A stretch of DNA of 63,944 bases, the filler included, from Choristocarpus tenellus KU-1152 (taxonomy: Eukaryota > Protista > Phaeophyceae): NCBI GenBank assembly GCA_964200185.2. It is 9 parts of 9 records of this genome, joined end to end, with 100 filler letters (N's around TTAATTAATTAA, not from the genome) between each part and the next. Parts side by side here need not be neighbours in the genome. Positions count along the whole stretch, not along the records: positions 12,123 to 17,737 come from CAXNAD020010243.1; positions 17,838 to 24,258 come from CAXNAD020008173.1; positions 24,359 to 28,291 come from CAXNAD020017070.1; 6 more parts are not named here. One strand, given 5' to 3'. Below, one piece after another: positions 12,123-25,413 of this stretch (positions are counted from its first letter, which is position 1; the number at the start of each line of letters is the position of its first letter). The notes under the pieces were generated by a model that saw only the letters and a list, made by a program, of their open reading frames with translations, did not search any database and had not been told where the DNA came from. The position numbers were made by a program, and so were the translations under genes.

Positions 12123-15100
12123 GGGGGGGGGGCAGAAAAATCTCCGGGCAAAGAAGGGTCAAAGGAGCGCAAAGTGTATTTATTGTACACCTTTCTCATT
12201 CTACGCTCCGTAGTACTTCGGAGCACTCGCCGTGTTGGGGTTAGGGTGAAGGAGGCGGCGGCAGCGGTGGTGGCAAGAGCTGTAGCTGTCAGAGAGTAAG
12301 AAGTAGACGAGAGGGGGCTCAGAGTTGTACTTTGAGGATGTCTTTGACAAACTGTGCAAAAATTGACCAGTATTTTTCTGGAGTGTGTACACAGGATATT
12401 CTTTTTCTGACATATTTTCTGAGATCGTTGTCAGAAAAGGAGTGAAACAATGGAGAAATGAGCGGTTTCAAAGTCAAGCTTAGAAGTTCAACCATAGAAC
12501 TATGGGTGAATGGGCAAAAGATTGAAAAAACATACTTTAAAAGAGGTGGAAAAACGGTCAAGACCTGGGGTACCTCTTGAGAATACTTTGGCTCAACCTC
12601 CCTAACACTCTCTGCAGTGGTCATTTTGATCAGTGGGGTTGTGAAGAAACTTCTCCTCCAAGCGGCATTTGATCCAAACTCGTGGGGTCTTCTAGAAGCA
12701 TCATGGCACAGCGGAGTACCCTTAAAAAAAAGAACGGTTATGGTTAGGTCTTGAGGTGGGCGGCACAACAAACCTGAACGCAATAAGCCTTTCACCTGTT
12801 GATGCCCAAGCTTTATCAGATGCAAGCATAGCCTTTCACCTTTACGTACGTGCATCTCATCCAAAAAATGCCACCTAAGTGTGCATCCAGCACGCAGAGG
12901 GGAGACAAAGCCCCTGTCTCTCTCGCAGGCGATATAGCCCGAGACCTCTGCTACAGTCCTTGAATGAAACCACTCTTGATTGCATCTATATGATGGGCGA
13001 TCAGCTCGAGACCTAGAGTGGAAGAAACAGTACTGTAGCAAACCAGCAGATTGCCCTGCTCCGCTCCATGAAACAGTTGAGTACGGCTGGCCACCTTCTC
13101 CATTCCCTAGGAAAACCGTTTTTTCTTCTGCTTGTGCCCTTGATTCCAGTCCCACCGGGGCACACTATCCAATCGTGAGAGCAAGGTCTTACCCCTGGTG
13201 ATGAATTTCCCACATGTGCCCAAGTATGATGGAGTAATGCAATGGTACTTGTACTACGACTGCATTGAACTGCTGCTACTCTCTCCTTACTAACGCCTGG
13301 TGAAGCTAGGTAGCCCTTCCAAGCCTCAGTGTAGGAAACCTCCTTTACCCTGTTTCATATTTCTTCCCTGAATGTGCAATGCATAGAGGGTGCAGTTTCT
13401 AAAGTGTGCGGGTTGGTCAAACCGTCATACCTTGGGTCAGGGTAGGAAAACCGTTTTCTGAGGCCACGGGCAGGTAGGTAGCCAAGTGGTACGAAAATGC
13501 CAGAGTAATCTAATTGCATGCATCTGCCAGCAGCACTTAGAGGTCAAGGCAGGCTAGTGGCGCGCACTTACTAGGCCTCTTCTGGGTATCAAGGTGTCCA
13601 TGAGTCGTGGAGCGTTCCGATGATGAACTTGTTCTTGAAAGGACTGTTATAAGAGAGCTTTCATGTCGATATGCGAGTTGCTGTTCTGCCAGACTTACTC
13701 ATCCAAAAATTACAAGCTAGTTGTGCTTGCGTTTTGATTGAGGTTGTTCATGTTTGACACCTCACGTGACTAAAGATCTTCCTGAGGCTATGAGTGTGCT
13801 ACATCTCAGGAAGATCACCTGCCCTGACCTTTCCCGGTCGTGTGCCTCTCTCTGTGTTGCTGTTGACCTCGTCGTTCAACATATGTGTTACGCTTTAGAG
13901 CACACGGTTGACCCCCCCAACAAAAGATCTACCCCTCGCGTTGGTTCTGTCACGCTGCCCTTCCTCTAGGTCTAAGGAGTCAACATAAACGGGAGGCATC
14001 CACAGTTACACTTTAAGGATGCTGGCAAATATGGGGAAAAAAAAATCGATCTTTCGTTATGTTCAAAAGGCGTGTAGAAAATTTTCCTGAACCGTGCCGG
14101 AATAGTTTCAAACACCAGAGAAATAAACGCTCCCAAGTCAGACTTAAGGAATTCGTCCATAGAAATACGGGTGAATAGGAAAATATTGAAAAACAGAACT
14201 AAAGAGAAAAACCCCCCCAAAAAAATTGCTCTCGTTTACTTTGACTCTCTAGGATGGAAATTGGTCTATGGCAATACCCCGAAGCTGTTGTTGAAAGGGC
14301 CAGCACTGCTTGCTATAGCTTGGGCAAAATATTACGTGAGCCCGAAATGAACTCAATAAAGTTATGCCTGCAAGGAGGTCTTTGGGTGGGGATGAATGAT
14401 GCCTGTTAACTGCTTGCCTAAGGGCCAAAGGAAACGGGAGGTACATAAGTTTTAGAAGTTTTGCATTTTATGCCACTTTCCTCATCCTATTCGACGGATG
14501 AATTGCTTAGATCAACTCGAGAGCATTGGTTTCTTTATTTCTAGGAAATTTTCGGCAGAGGTCAGAAATGTCCCTATATGCATTTATTTGCAATAAAAGC
14601 CAAATTTTGTACGTGTGTCATCAACATCCTTAAAATTCATCAATGGGCACCTCTCGTTTGCTTTCGATCTAATCCGATTTATACTATGGTAGAACGCCAA
14701 GCACAGACACACACGGACGAATACATCTTCCAAGCAACCTTTATGACACCAAGAATCTTAGTACCAATAGAAAACGATTCGCTTTATTATTTTAATTGAA
14801 AGGACTTGGCAAAGTAAGAAGACCGGTTGTTGTTGCCAAGGAGTCACACTTGCTTTATTTGCCTGGCTATATAGCACCTGGGCTCTTTGAGTTCTTTGCT
14901 GTTATGCACTGGAATTTGCGATATCGGACGGGTGGACCAGACAGACCCGTGAGACTCATGAGATTCTTCCCTGATTTCTAGTACTTCTAGACGATCTTTA
15001 TTGTGTACTAGTATAGAGCTTTGGGAGGAGAGCCGTATAATCTGATTCTTATTATGTGGAATAACCCAGCAACTGTTGTACAGAGGAACATTTTAAGAGT

Positions 15101-15180
15101 AAGAAATAGCAACATGCGTGTGAAGCAAGTCTGTGCTCGAATGATAATGTTCCACTCTGGTGCTTTTTGTTGCAATTCAT

Positions 15181-16850
15181 CTACGTTTCTCCCTGACAGT
15201 GTCTTGTCTCTGCAAATGCCAGTAGCACTTTAAAATGTTGAAACTCAAATCCACCTTCTACTGTCGAGTGTCGACCCACTGTGCAAATATGATCACCAGT
15301 ATTAGTACGAGTAGTTGAACGACGAAAGAGTAATGGGCAATTTGTTGATGACGTGATCCTCAAAACTGCAAGGTGGATAAGTCTGTCCAGTCCTGACTGT
15401 CTAAGCTTGCTTCTTAGCACCTTCTTACACGACAATACGATAGTACTACACAATTCCGTAAGGCGCTTGAGCGCAGTGGATCTCCTATATTTGGAATCAA
15501 CACCATCATTCAATTGTTCCTATTCCTTCCCCGTTTCTTCTCAGTAGTCAAACAACAAATATTCTTCGTAGTATTGAAACTCGGGGAGGCTACAGTACCC
15601 GAAGTTCATGAGATGGTACATAAAAGTAGACAAATACTGACCGACAAGAGTCATTGGCGAAATCTGCACTTTCTTGACTTCTGGGTATCCATGCATACCT
15701 TAGCGAACACCTTGTGGGCGACCTCATCGCTAATAGCAGATAGATCCAGTGAGAGTAGATTTTCTAGGCAGGCATTTGGTGATCTGACCAACGCCTGTAT
15801 CGTTGGACCATAGTTTGAACCAGCAGGAACGTCCTTTGGAATTTCGGTGGTAAGCATGTAAGTAGAAGGAAGAGTAATCGGGATCAATTTTGTGGACTTG
15901 CAGAGATTCCCCAGGGGTGATCGAGGGATCCTACAGCTTGCAGATCCTTTGAAGTGGTCAGATAGAGAACATAGCGCTGTTGATACAACATATGCACTGG
16001 TATAAATTCACGGGTTACCCTTGTTCATCAGTTCACACCCTTGGTTCTTGCTGATAGCAAGTAAACCTGTAAATGTTTCATAACATCAACTTCCGTGTGG
16101 CGCAATCCGCCTCCCACCTACCCGAAACACGAGTCCCTCGATCTTCTTGTCGTCGACTGATTGATTTACACCTAAGAGAAGTCCGGCGGCCTCGACCACC
16201 TAGATCAGACATTGTGTATTGGTCGTCGAAACAGAAACATCAACGAGGCACTGTGAGAGGACACCCCGCGTAATTTGTTTAACGTATAGTTTACCTTCTC
16301 TCGAATGCAGGTTTGTTCCTTGTGACCACAAGATACTCTAGGAACGGAGTGACTTACGTTGACCAGGACAGGATGAGGTTTTCGCAGGGTCAACAGTGCA
16401 TCGATTTTCATCATTTCCAGTACAGGTCCATCCGACATGATGGGTGTTATTTGAAAGTATGTGTAGAGGTCCAAAGTTTGTTTCTGGAAATTCCTCTGTT
16501 TCAAACGAAGAGTAGAAGCGTTTCCATCTGTTTGGAGAAGGCATGTATTTTAGCCGCAAAACACCGTTATCCGTTAGATAAAATTTGAAATGTCTAGATA
16601 GATGCCTATGGACACCTTTGTTTGTCCGTGACCCAAACATACCCACGACAGTCAAGGGTTGCAATAAGGTTAGCCCTACCTGTAGCCTGAAGTCAACGTA
16701 CGTGGGTGAAGGCCGTGGCTGAGAGTGAGACCAGAAGTCGAAGCTAGCCTTCTGAGAAGAGACATGAAGGCGTAATTCAAGAATCTGCCGAGCAAGAAGT
16801 ACACATCTATCGGAGACCAAGTTGGGCGGGGACGATCGACACGGCCATAA
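15181..16850 (-). mobile_element. Heavily degraded Ty3/Gypsy-like pol remnant (RNaseH-integrase region)
   Basis: Only fragmentary resemblance (FYLTDNGVL, QKQTLDLY..TP, a KLRQSG-type integrase C-terminal segment) across broken frames. No intact catalytic motif was recovered. Confidence 0.3.
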
Positions 16851-17737
16851 TTATGATTCGAAAGGTCAGAAGATGTAGAGCAGCTAGGGGAAACATAGGT
16901 TTAGGTGCAGGACCAGTAAATGCTTTCATTATTTAGGAGAGGGAGTCGAACTGTACCAAAATGGATGTCCTCTTTTTTTCCTGGATTTTTTTGACAAGGG
17001 CAAACAATCCCTGTATTTCTACCCAATCATGTATGGTTTGCATTGCCAGAGATCACCAAGATTTCACTCGAATCTGGAGGTGGGGACTGGGGTATCTTGT
17101 TTTTGTATATCTTTTTTTACCCGATCGTGCGTAGCAATAGTGGTATGGACGTAGGGGCACGAGAGTTGACAAAATCCTCGATTCCTCCCACACCCTCATA
17201 GATTGCGAGAACACTACACTAGAATTTGCGTTTCCGTTAACTCTAAGTGGCGTGTGTTGAGACGTGAGGGTGCGATATGTGGAGTAAGCCAGAGTCAAAA
17301 AGGTGCAGGTTGGATGTTGGGTATACATTCAGGTGAAGAATGAAGCAGAGAAGAGGAGCGTAGGCCAAGGGTAGGAATTGTTGTGGAATGTGGAGGTGAA
17401 GAATATTTGTGGTCCCCCCAAATTCACACAGTAGCCCACTACCAAGAGAAGGCTGGGTGCAGCTGATAGTGCTTGGCAAGGGGTTTGTGATGGTCTAAGG
17501 CCGTAGGGGAAATGAAAGCGTTTGTAGGAAAGCAAGAGAGTACTGTCGACATGGACGTCGTGGAATCAGCTTTGGGAGTGTTTGGTATTTTTTTAGCTAT
17601 TGTATCTTTGACAGATACTGCCTCCCTTCTCTATTCTCTGGCGCTCACTCATGTCTTACCCTTCACTCTGATATCACCCTTCCCCATCCACCTGAGGGTC
17701 TTTACCTCGTTGCCTAAACTCTCTCCTCCCCCCTCCC

Positions 17738-17837
17738 NNNNNNNNNNNNNNNNNNNNNNNNNNNNNNNNNNNNNNNNNNNNTTAATTAATTAANNNNNNN
17801 NNNNNNNNNNNNNNNNNNNNNNNNNNNNNNNNNNNNN
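17738..17837. other. Artificial contig linker
   Basis: N44-TTAATTAATTAA-N44. Confidence 0.98.
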
Positions 17838-19240
17838 GTGGGGGGGGAAAGGGGGGAGAGCAGATCGGAGAGGGGGAGAGGGGTTGGGGACAGGCGGGGT
17901 GAGAGGGATGTGAGCATGGAAGAGGTATCTGAAGCTGAAGAAGATCAGGAAACAGGAAGCCCATGACAGACAGCACAATGATTTGCTTTGTATCTTGCAT
18001 TTTTGATCAACAGCTGGTGTTGTCTTGAAATTCTGTATGTGGCTTGGTTTTTGTTGATCCCTGCATATGCATCATGACATGTTTTTGTTTTTGTTTTTGT
18101 TCTTGTTGCTTCAGGGATTCTTGCTTACTGTCTTTCTATCCGCATTTTATATTGCCTCGAGGAGAGTCGGCTGGTGGGGTGTGGTTATTTAGAGGGAGTG
18201 ATAAACTATCGTTGCGAGTAGGTTTGCTGCTCTTTTGGGGTTTGGGGGGAGATATGACTTGCTTCTCACCTATGCGTAAAGTGGTGTAAAGTGGTGTGTT
18301 GTACATATCCGTTGCTATTACCGTTGGTCTTGGCCAAGGGGAGAATTTGGGATAAACACACTCAATCTTAGTGTACATGACAGCATTTAGGTGGCGATAT
18401 GTTTCAGTTGACTTTATTGTGCTCGGAAACCACTGTTGACCAAGGTCTGCTGGAAACCCATAGATGATGGTTATGTTCATCAAACATCAAGTCTCTAATC
18501 ACTTTTAGTCAAGAATACAGTATTGTTTGTCTGGTTGTAGGAACCTGTTTGACTTGTAAAATTTTCTTTTTTGAATAAGAATAGAGGGGTGATGCGGAAT
18601 CCAGCGCTGCTAGAAGGGGGGGAAAGGGGGGGAGGAGAGGGGATGATCTAGTGGAGGAAATTTTGCTGGATGCGTATTGTTCATGATCGACTTCTTTCCT
18701 ACTTTGGCTAGATGTTTCCTTCCTCTTCTTGTCGAAGAATACTCTGGTCAAATTTTTTGGGGGGGTTAGGTCTTCTGCGTGGAGCAGTGTGTGCATTTGT
18801 GTTTGTGCTTGTCCTTTCTGCTTTGGTTGATTGGCATGGTGGGTCGTTTGTGGCGGTTTGAGTACCAATTGTGGTCTACCCCTGTGTTGTTTGACACATC
18901 TAGTCTGGTGGTGGGTGGTATGCGCATGTTGCAATTAAGGCCAAATGCGCAAAAATTATGCTATTTTTTCGCTTGTTTTAAAACAGTTTGAGGTTTCTAG
19001 TAATGCATGGAAATGTTTGCTTTCTTCAACCATGTACTTTGGTTGGTGTAAGTAGAACTAAGTAGAACTCCTTGCTCTACCACCACCACCACCACTACTA
19101 CTAGTATCACCAATAGTAGTTCTTTTACTCCTACCACATAGTGCTACTTCTATCACACTGCCAAGAGTGCTACGTACTGTTTAATGTAAAAAAGGGAAGG
19201 GGACAGTTGTCTGCATTACCGTTCCATCAACTTGTTGAAA

Positions 19241-19419
19241 GGCTCAAAGTATCTGGGGGAGGAGGGGGGGTCTATACCAGGGTGTCCATTCGAGCTCTGA
19301 CCAGGAGAAGTGAGCTTATATTATCCATCTGATACATGCAATCGAATCACCCAAAAATCGCGACATGGAAAAAAGGGCCCTAAGTGGACAGTTGTCACCC
19401 CCCCCAGATACTTTGAGCC
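19241..19419 (+). mobile_element. MITE family B, complete copy (179 bp)
   Basis: TIRs ggctcaaagtatctggggg / cccccagatactttgagcc; flanks GAAA/AAAA. Confidence 0.88.
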
Positions 19420-19494
19420 AAAACGCAATAGTAATAGTGGAAGGTGACAGGGTGTTGTGCCTTGTGGGGGGGGATATGCAGGAGGTATTTATTA

Positions 19495-20497
19495 CTTCCT
19501 CCGTTCGGAATTAAATGTGACGTAACTTTTGCAGCCCCAATGAAAAAGCAAGATTTTTTTCACATGTTCATGGTTATGGGTCTTTTGTGCAGACACTAAA
19601 AGGTTGCCCACTCGAGCAAACGGGGGCAGCCTACACCTATCTATGATTCCACTCCCAAAGCCCTCCAAAACTCCATTCCGGCATGGTGTTTCGCCACACC
19701 CAGCGGGCATTCGGAGGGAGCTTGCCGACCCAAAGCATTTAAGAGGGTTGGAGTTTTGCCCTGTTTGTCTGCTCGGGGCTTGGCTTCCCACGGGTTTTTT
19801 ATGCCCCTTTTCGGCTTTCTGTGTGAACACAGTTACCTGAAATGTATACCACTATGAAAGGTGTGTCCGGAGCAAGGATATTGACATTTGCTAACAAACA
19901 TAATAATAGCCAAAATTCATCATGATCGCAACATTGGATTTATGACCCTGAATGGGTGGGGCCCTATCCTCTTAAATGCTCTGGGTCTGCCCGCCATCTC
20001 AGCCTTTTCCTTGCTAAAGATGGAAAAATTTGAAGATATTGTTACCCTTGGACCAGCACTTCACTGCAGGCTGCAAAGAAGCTCTGCCAGACTTTGGTGT
20101 CTCCTGAGGGTGCACATCGAATGCCACCATTCTGGCCTCCGCCAGCTCCTCTGTGCTGGTCACCCCCATATCTTCAGTTCTGGATGGAATGAAAGAATCC
20201 CACGTTGTTGACCATGAGGTCAGGATGAGCAAGTCGCTTGAACGACAGGGGGCCTTCATCCCAATAAGCACCTGCTGTCAGAGTTCCACAAGGTTTTTGA
20301 ACCCCGTCAAATGTGGCTTGGTTGACTTTGCACGAGTGATTTTCCACAGTCGTGACACCCCACCATCTCAAACTTTGAACGCCTCCCCAATCTATATGAG
20401 AGCTAAGCCTTGTCATGGAGGGTTTATCATGTGGATCATTCCAGGCGAAAACGGAGGTTGCAAAAGTTATGTTACATTTAATTTCGAACGGAGGAAG
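19495..20497 (-). mobile_element. Non-autonomous mariner deletion derivative (about 1 kb) with both TIRs
   Basis: 42-bp TIRs with 4 mismatches (cttcctccgttcggaattaaatgtgacgtaacttttgcagcc), preceded by TA. Internal minus-strand transposase C-terminal fragment (HPDLMVNNVGFFHSIQ, EDMGVTSTEEL, KGNNIFKFFHL, GKLPPNA) is homologous to the element at 7-970. Confidence 0.9.
19727..19987 (+). mobile_element. MITE family A copy nested in the mariner derivative (261 bp)
   Basis: TIRs gacccaaagcatttaagagg / cctcttaaatgctctgggtc; perfect 4-bp TSD TGCC (19723-19726 and 19988-19991); internal sequence homologous to 22183-22442. Confidence 0.88.
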
Positions 20498-22182
20498 AAC
20501 TTAGTATTGCTTGCACTAGTATAGATGATCAGAGGCGGGGAATTAACATCTTGATCGAACGATGATTGTGGAGAGCGAATTAATGGGATCATTGTTTTTT
20601 ACTTTTTTATGTACTATATTTGTGAATTATTTTCGTATACTTACGTGCGCAACTTGTGTCAATTCACCGAAAGAATGTAGATGTAATGGGACCTCGTTCT
20701 GTGTGATGGGAGGTGATGAAAACCACCAGAGATGAGGTTCAGAAAGGAAGTGAAAGATGAGACTGAGGCATGCTGGGTGTATGTTGACGGCCTCAAAGTT
20801 CCATGTGGATCAATCTTCAATGTGCTTGGTTGTGATCAATCAGAAGAACAGAAAACACAATCTTAGCTTTGCTGGTTTGAATCCATCGTTCATGTCGGGG
20901 TTGTCGCGTGCCAGTCGTGCGTCTGACCCACACCACATCACTTGGTCTGACCTCAATCCCAAAAGGTGACGCGCGCAAATGTATACGACCGCGCGTATTA
21001 TCCTCATCAATGTCGGAGATCCCAAAAAAGGTGACCTGTCCCTAACGTAGACAATAATAATATTGCATTTTGAATCCCACACAACGGTTTGGTTATCGCA
21101 ATTAAACAAAAGTGCGTATCAAGAATGAATGCATCTCTACATTGAGCAACCATGAAACGATACTATTAATTTGTGTATGCTAGCAGCGAGTTGTGGGACT
21201 TAAGTGGTTTCTACTCTCACAACATGCGTTAGTAGTTCGTGCAGTCCACTGAAGAATGGGGAATTTTCTCAGTTGAAATTGCTGATGAAAATGCTAGTTA
21301 GTGCTGGATCCGGTTTTGCCAACAACACCTTACCATCCATTGGTTGGTAGGTTTCGTCGCTGTCCATCAATCGAAATAATAAATATGTAGTAGGTGTATT
21401 TGTCATACAGCCAATAACATCCGGTTGTTGCTGCCTTTTCTTCAAATAAACCACTGCTACTGTTCACTGTGTCAGGAAAGTCTTACTTAAATATATGATA
21501 TGATATGTGTGATGCGACATATTGATAAAGAGTCGTATCCTATTACATGTGCGTACGCATACTTGGAAGTGTCCTCACTCCGTCTTTATTGAACAAAAAG
21601 TAGTAAAAAAATGTATGTTATGAATTGATTCACACATCTTTTTTTGCCTTCCACCCTCTCTTCCATCATTATTGATTGATGACAAGATTCCAACTGCTAG
21701 TTAATATAGATAGGTTGTCAGTGGAGGGGCATACTGATACCTCCTCCAGTTCTTGCTTGTACCACAGTCTCATCACTTGAGCGTTTCTTTATCATTCGTT
21801 GTTGTTTCAAAGTTTAAGTAGTGAAGGTTTCAATTAAACAAAAGGTGTATTAGTGGTCTTTCCGAGACGGTGAGTAGTACACGCGGGATTGCGGAGGAAC
21901 CTCCAACAAATTTATTGTCTTCTAACAAAACAGATGATTAAGAAAATCAAATTTTGTGAGAAATTGATTGGGACTACTGGTTCAATAATAAAATGAATCT
22001 AAATCTCACACAACATACGTATCATATATATTACTATTAGTTTGATCTTACCTCTCGAATTGTATGTTTTGCTCGATCTTTTAAAGAATCTTGACTTGAT
22101 TCCCATTAAAAATATAAATCTTGTCATAATCAACACAATATATTCCTCAGCTTCAGGAGGAAGATTTTTACGATCTACTTCA

Positions 22183-22442
22183 GAGTGAAATTATCTTAGA
22201 GGGTACGAGTTTTGCCCTGTTTGTCCATTTGGAGCTTGGCTTCCCGTTGTTTTTTTTTATGACATTTACCGACTCCAAATGTTTCTGAGTAGGTAAAATG
22301 TTTATGCTATGAAATGTGTGTCCAGAACATGGATATTGACACTTCCTAACAAACATGATAGCCAAAATTACATCAAAATCGCAACATTGGATTTTGGCCC
22401 CCAAGTGGACGCGGCTCTACCCTCTCTAAGATACTTTGGCTC
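22183..22442 (+). mobile_element. MITE family A, complete copy (260 bp)
   Basis: TIRs gagtgaaattatcttagag / ctctaagatactttggctc; perfect TSD TTCA. Confidence 0.9.
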
Positions 22443-22626
22443 TTCACTATTTTTTGGTGTTTATCTTTTTGTCAGATCTCCTGATGACACACTAGTCGTA
22501 GTAGTAGCAGCAGCAACTGCTGCAGTAGTAGTTTTACATAGTATTATTTGGTAACAGAAAATATCCCTATAATACTAAAGAATATAAAAGAAAAAAGTCA
22601 ACTTTGCAATGTACATATATATTTTT

Positions 22627-22737
22627 TATTATTATGCCCTCTGACATTTTGCAAATATGTCAGGAGGAAACCAATGAAACCAACATATATTATTATGCCT
22701 TCCGACATTTTGCAGGTGTGTCAGGGGGAAAGTCAAT
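22627..22737 (+). repeat. Two tandem copies of the ~55-bp palindromic unit (tattatgccctctgacattttgcagatgtgtcagggggaaaccaatgaaa)
   Basis: Same unit as at 42989-43207 and 45915-46290. Confidence 0.88.
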
Positions 22738-23379
22738 TTAATATCGTAACCCCTGTAAAAGTAACAGTTGTCGTAAATGTGAATGATGTCTCTCTATAAT
22801 CCATTACCAATACTTATCCAAAAACTGCAGCCTGTTTTCCAACTTTAGTTGTATCAATGCTCCAAGTACTATTGTGGAGTGTCTTGTAAGGAAAAAAATG
22901 TGATTTAAAAATGCTATGATTTGAATTTAAGTACTACGGAAACGACGGTATGTAGCCCATTTTCATTCTGAAACATGAACTTGTGAATGAAAATGTGGAT
23001 GTTGGCTGAGATTTTGAGACCTCAACGAGAAAGCTCCTCGATTTTTATCATAGAGACTTGTTGCATAGAAGAAGGAAGAAACCCATTTGTATCCCAGACA
23101 GAGAGTGCCTTTCTATTTTATGCTTTCTTGCGTACCGTTGCAATTAGTGCAGGGTGAGAAGTGAAATGAGTAGAGGATAAGACTGATACATGCTACAAAT
23201 GACATTGAGTGAACTTCAGGATCATTGCACCCAGTTCATTGGACAGGAATGCTATAGGAAAAAAATGAATATGACTACAGGTATGTTGAGCACTTAAAAC
23301 TAGTTAATCATCGCAAGAACCTTCTGTGCATCAGGTTGAGCCTGCACACTTCCATGAAACATATCTCACAGAATATCCT

Positions 23380-24180
23380 ACTCCCTGTAACCCCTCTCAA
23401 AAGGTCATGACCTCTCTCCAACTCCATCCCCACCCGTAATCACCCTTTCAAAAGATCAAGATATATACTTCTCTTAAAAGCATACTTCTCTGCAAAATTT
23501 ACCACAAAGCAACGTCAATCGATGGGTAGGCAGGTTTTTGACCCTTCTGTATTCTAACTAAGCCTCTTTCTCATCCTATGTAATGCACTCAATTTCATTT
23601 CTGTATATGCACAAAAGTGCATGCAAAAACGATATTTCCCCTTTCCTAACACACTGAGACACCACAATTCAGCAAATACTCTTTCTGCAATTGTACAAAA
23701 TACCATCTTTTTGCCGTTTGTAGGGATCCTTCAAATGTAACCCTGCCTACCTCCTAGTTGGTTTAACTGACACCTCTCCTCGTTACTCGCTTGACTAATT
23801 CCAATCGAAGCACTACCCCCCATATACAACCTCAAACTCTGATCAAGGAGACTTGGTCATCTCTCTTATACATCTTGAGCAGCATCTTACAACCTATGGA
23901 TGCTTCCTCCCTCCTCCTCTCCCCCACTCCAATCCTTAGGCTCAGATCCCTGGTCATCTTAGCTTGTATCCATCCGCTTTCCCAGTCCTCACCAACCCTC
24001 TCTTGAAACCCTCCAATACCACACCAAATGTCACAGCAGGGGATGACTTCACTGCCCTATCAATACATCTGCCCCCTCCCATTCCCCCTCTGCCCCCAGT
24101 CACCATCTTTTCATCAAGGTGTGCATCATTCATATCTTCCACTCCCTTGCAACCCTTTCGGTACCACACGTAGAGGACCA
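23380..24180 (-). mobile_element. Possible degraded non-LTR retrotransposon fragment
   Basis: Coding-like, purine-rich minus strand with many stops; no diagnostic RT motif recovered. Confidence 0.2.
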
Positions 24181-24258
24181 GAGAAAGGGGGACTTCACTG
24201 CTGTATCAACGCATCGCCCCCCCCCCCCCCCCCCCTCTGCCCCCAACCCCCGTTCCAA

Positions 24259-24358
24259 NNNNNNNNNNNNNNNNNNNNNNNNNNNNNNNNNNNNNNNNNN
24301 NNTTAATTAATTAANNNNNNNNNNNNNNNNNNNNNNNNNNNNNNNNNNNNNNNNNNNN
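24259..24358. other. Artificial contig linker
   Basis: N44-TTAATTAATTAA-N44. Confidence 0.98.
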
Positions 24359-25413
24359 TCCATTTTGGGTCAAACCCATCCTCCATAGTACGCTCCATCC
24401 TCAATTTTGGCGATCGGCTGTTATATAGTGATATGTGCGGATGCAGAAACCACAGCATCCATGTACACCGCATAGTGTTTCAGGTGATTAGCATATGTAC
24501 TGCTTCTCCCACTCTAAATAATGCAAGCAGTAAGCATATATACAACAACCCAAATGGGCATGTTAGATTCGATATAGTTGAAGTACAAAATCTGTAACTT
24601 GTTAATAAAGAAATACATTTAAATTTATTACAGCTTCTGAAAAATCCACCCTTCAGAACTGATTTCGTGACACACATGCGCACACACCTTGTCAATTCTG
24701 ATCCGTTGTTGTACACTTCCCCTAAGAATAACTTTGTCTTCATCTGTCAACCTGATAACCACCAGCTGGACCGGTTATCAGGCTTATCAACGCATCACAG
24801 GTACCTTGTATGTGCGTCAACATTCCCTAGAGGCTTGTAGATTGGAGCTACCCATCCCGAGGAGGCCAGCTGTGGAGCGTTTTGTAACGTGGAGGTCCTA
24901 CCTTGACTCTTCATTCTGATTCTGGAGAGAATACTCAATACTCAGCTCATCACGTGAGATTCTTGATCAGTCCTTCGTATGTCCTGCATAAATTCATCAT
25001 GGTTTTGTCAACTCCTTGGGTCGTCCTGGATCTTTCCCATTGTCTGTCCTCTTCCAACTGAGGGGAAGGACCTGCATGGCAACATATATGACTCCAAAAA
25101 TGGCACCATACACTCATGCCCGGAAACAGGCTAGGTCTTTTGTTGTATATGTCGATTAGGTAGGTATTTCTTGTCATCCACACACAAATATTCCAGGGTC
25201 TTTGCTTCATGTTGTTCATCCTTATTACCCAAGGTTTCCAGACATGCCTTGCTCACAGAGTCTGCGGGGAATCAATGGTTTGGAAAAGCACTAGCCCAGC
25301 ATCACCCCTACTGGGAATCCCTGCAGCAGACACAGTCATTTCTGTGAGCACAGAGCAGGCCAAATAAGCTTGTCCATTTCCGTTCTTCCACGACTAGCAT
25401 ATTCTGTTCCAGG

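Noticed and set aside
12319-13155. Longest ORF in the track (278 aa, minus) with an HLIKLGH segment
   Set aside because: It has no coherent domain, and the similarity to the Copia GAG-pre-integrase motif is too weak. It is probably decayed TE or an antisense frame.
20690-21950. Short coding-like minus-strand stretches, considered as possible endogenous viral DNA
   Set aside because: No recognisable viral hallmark motif was found and the frames are broken.
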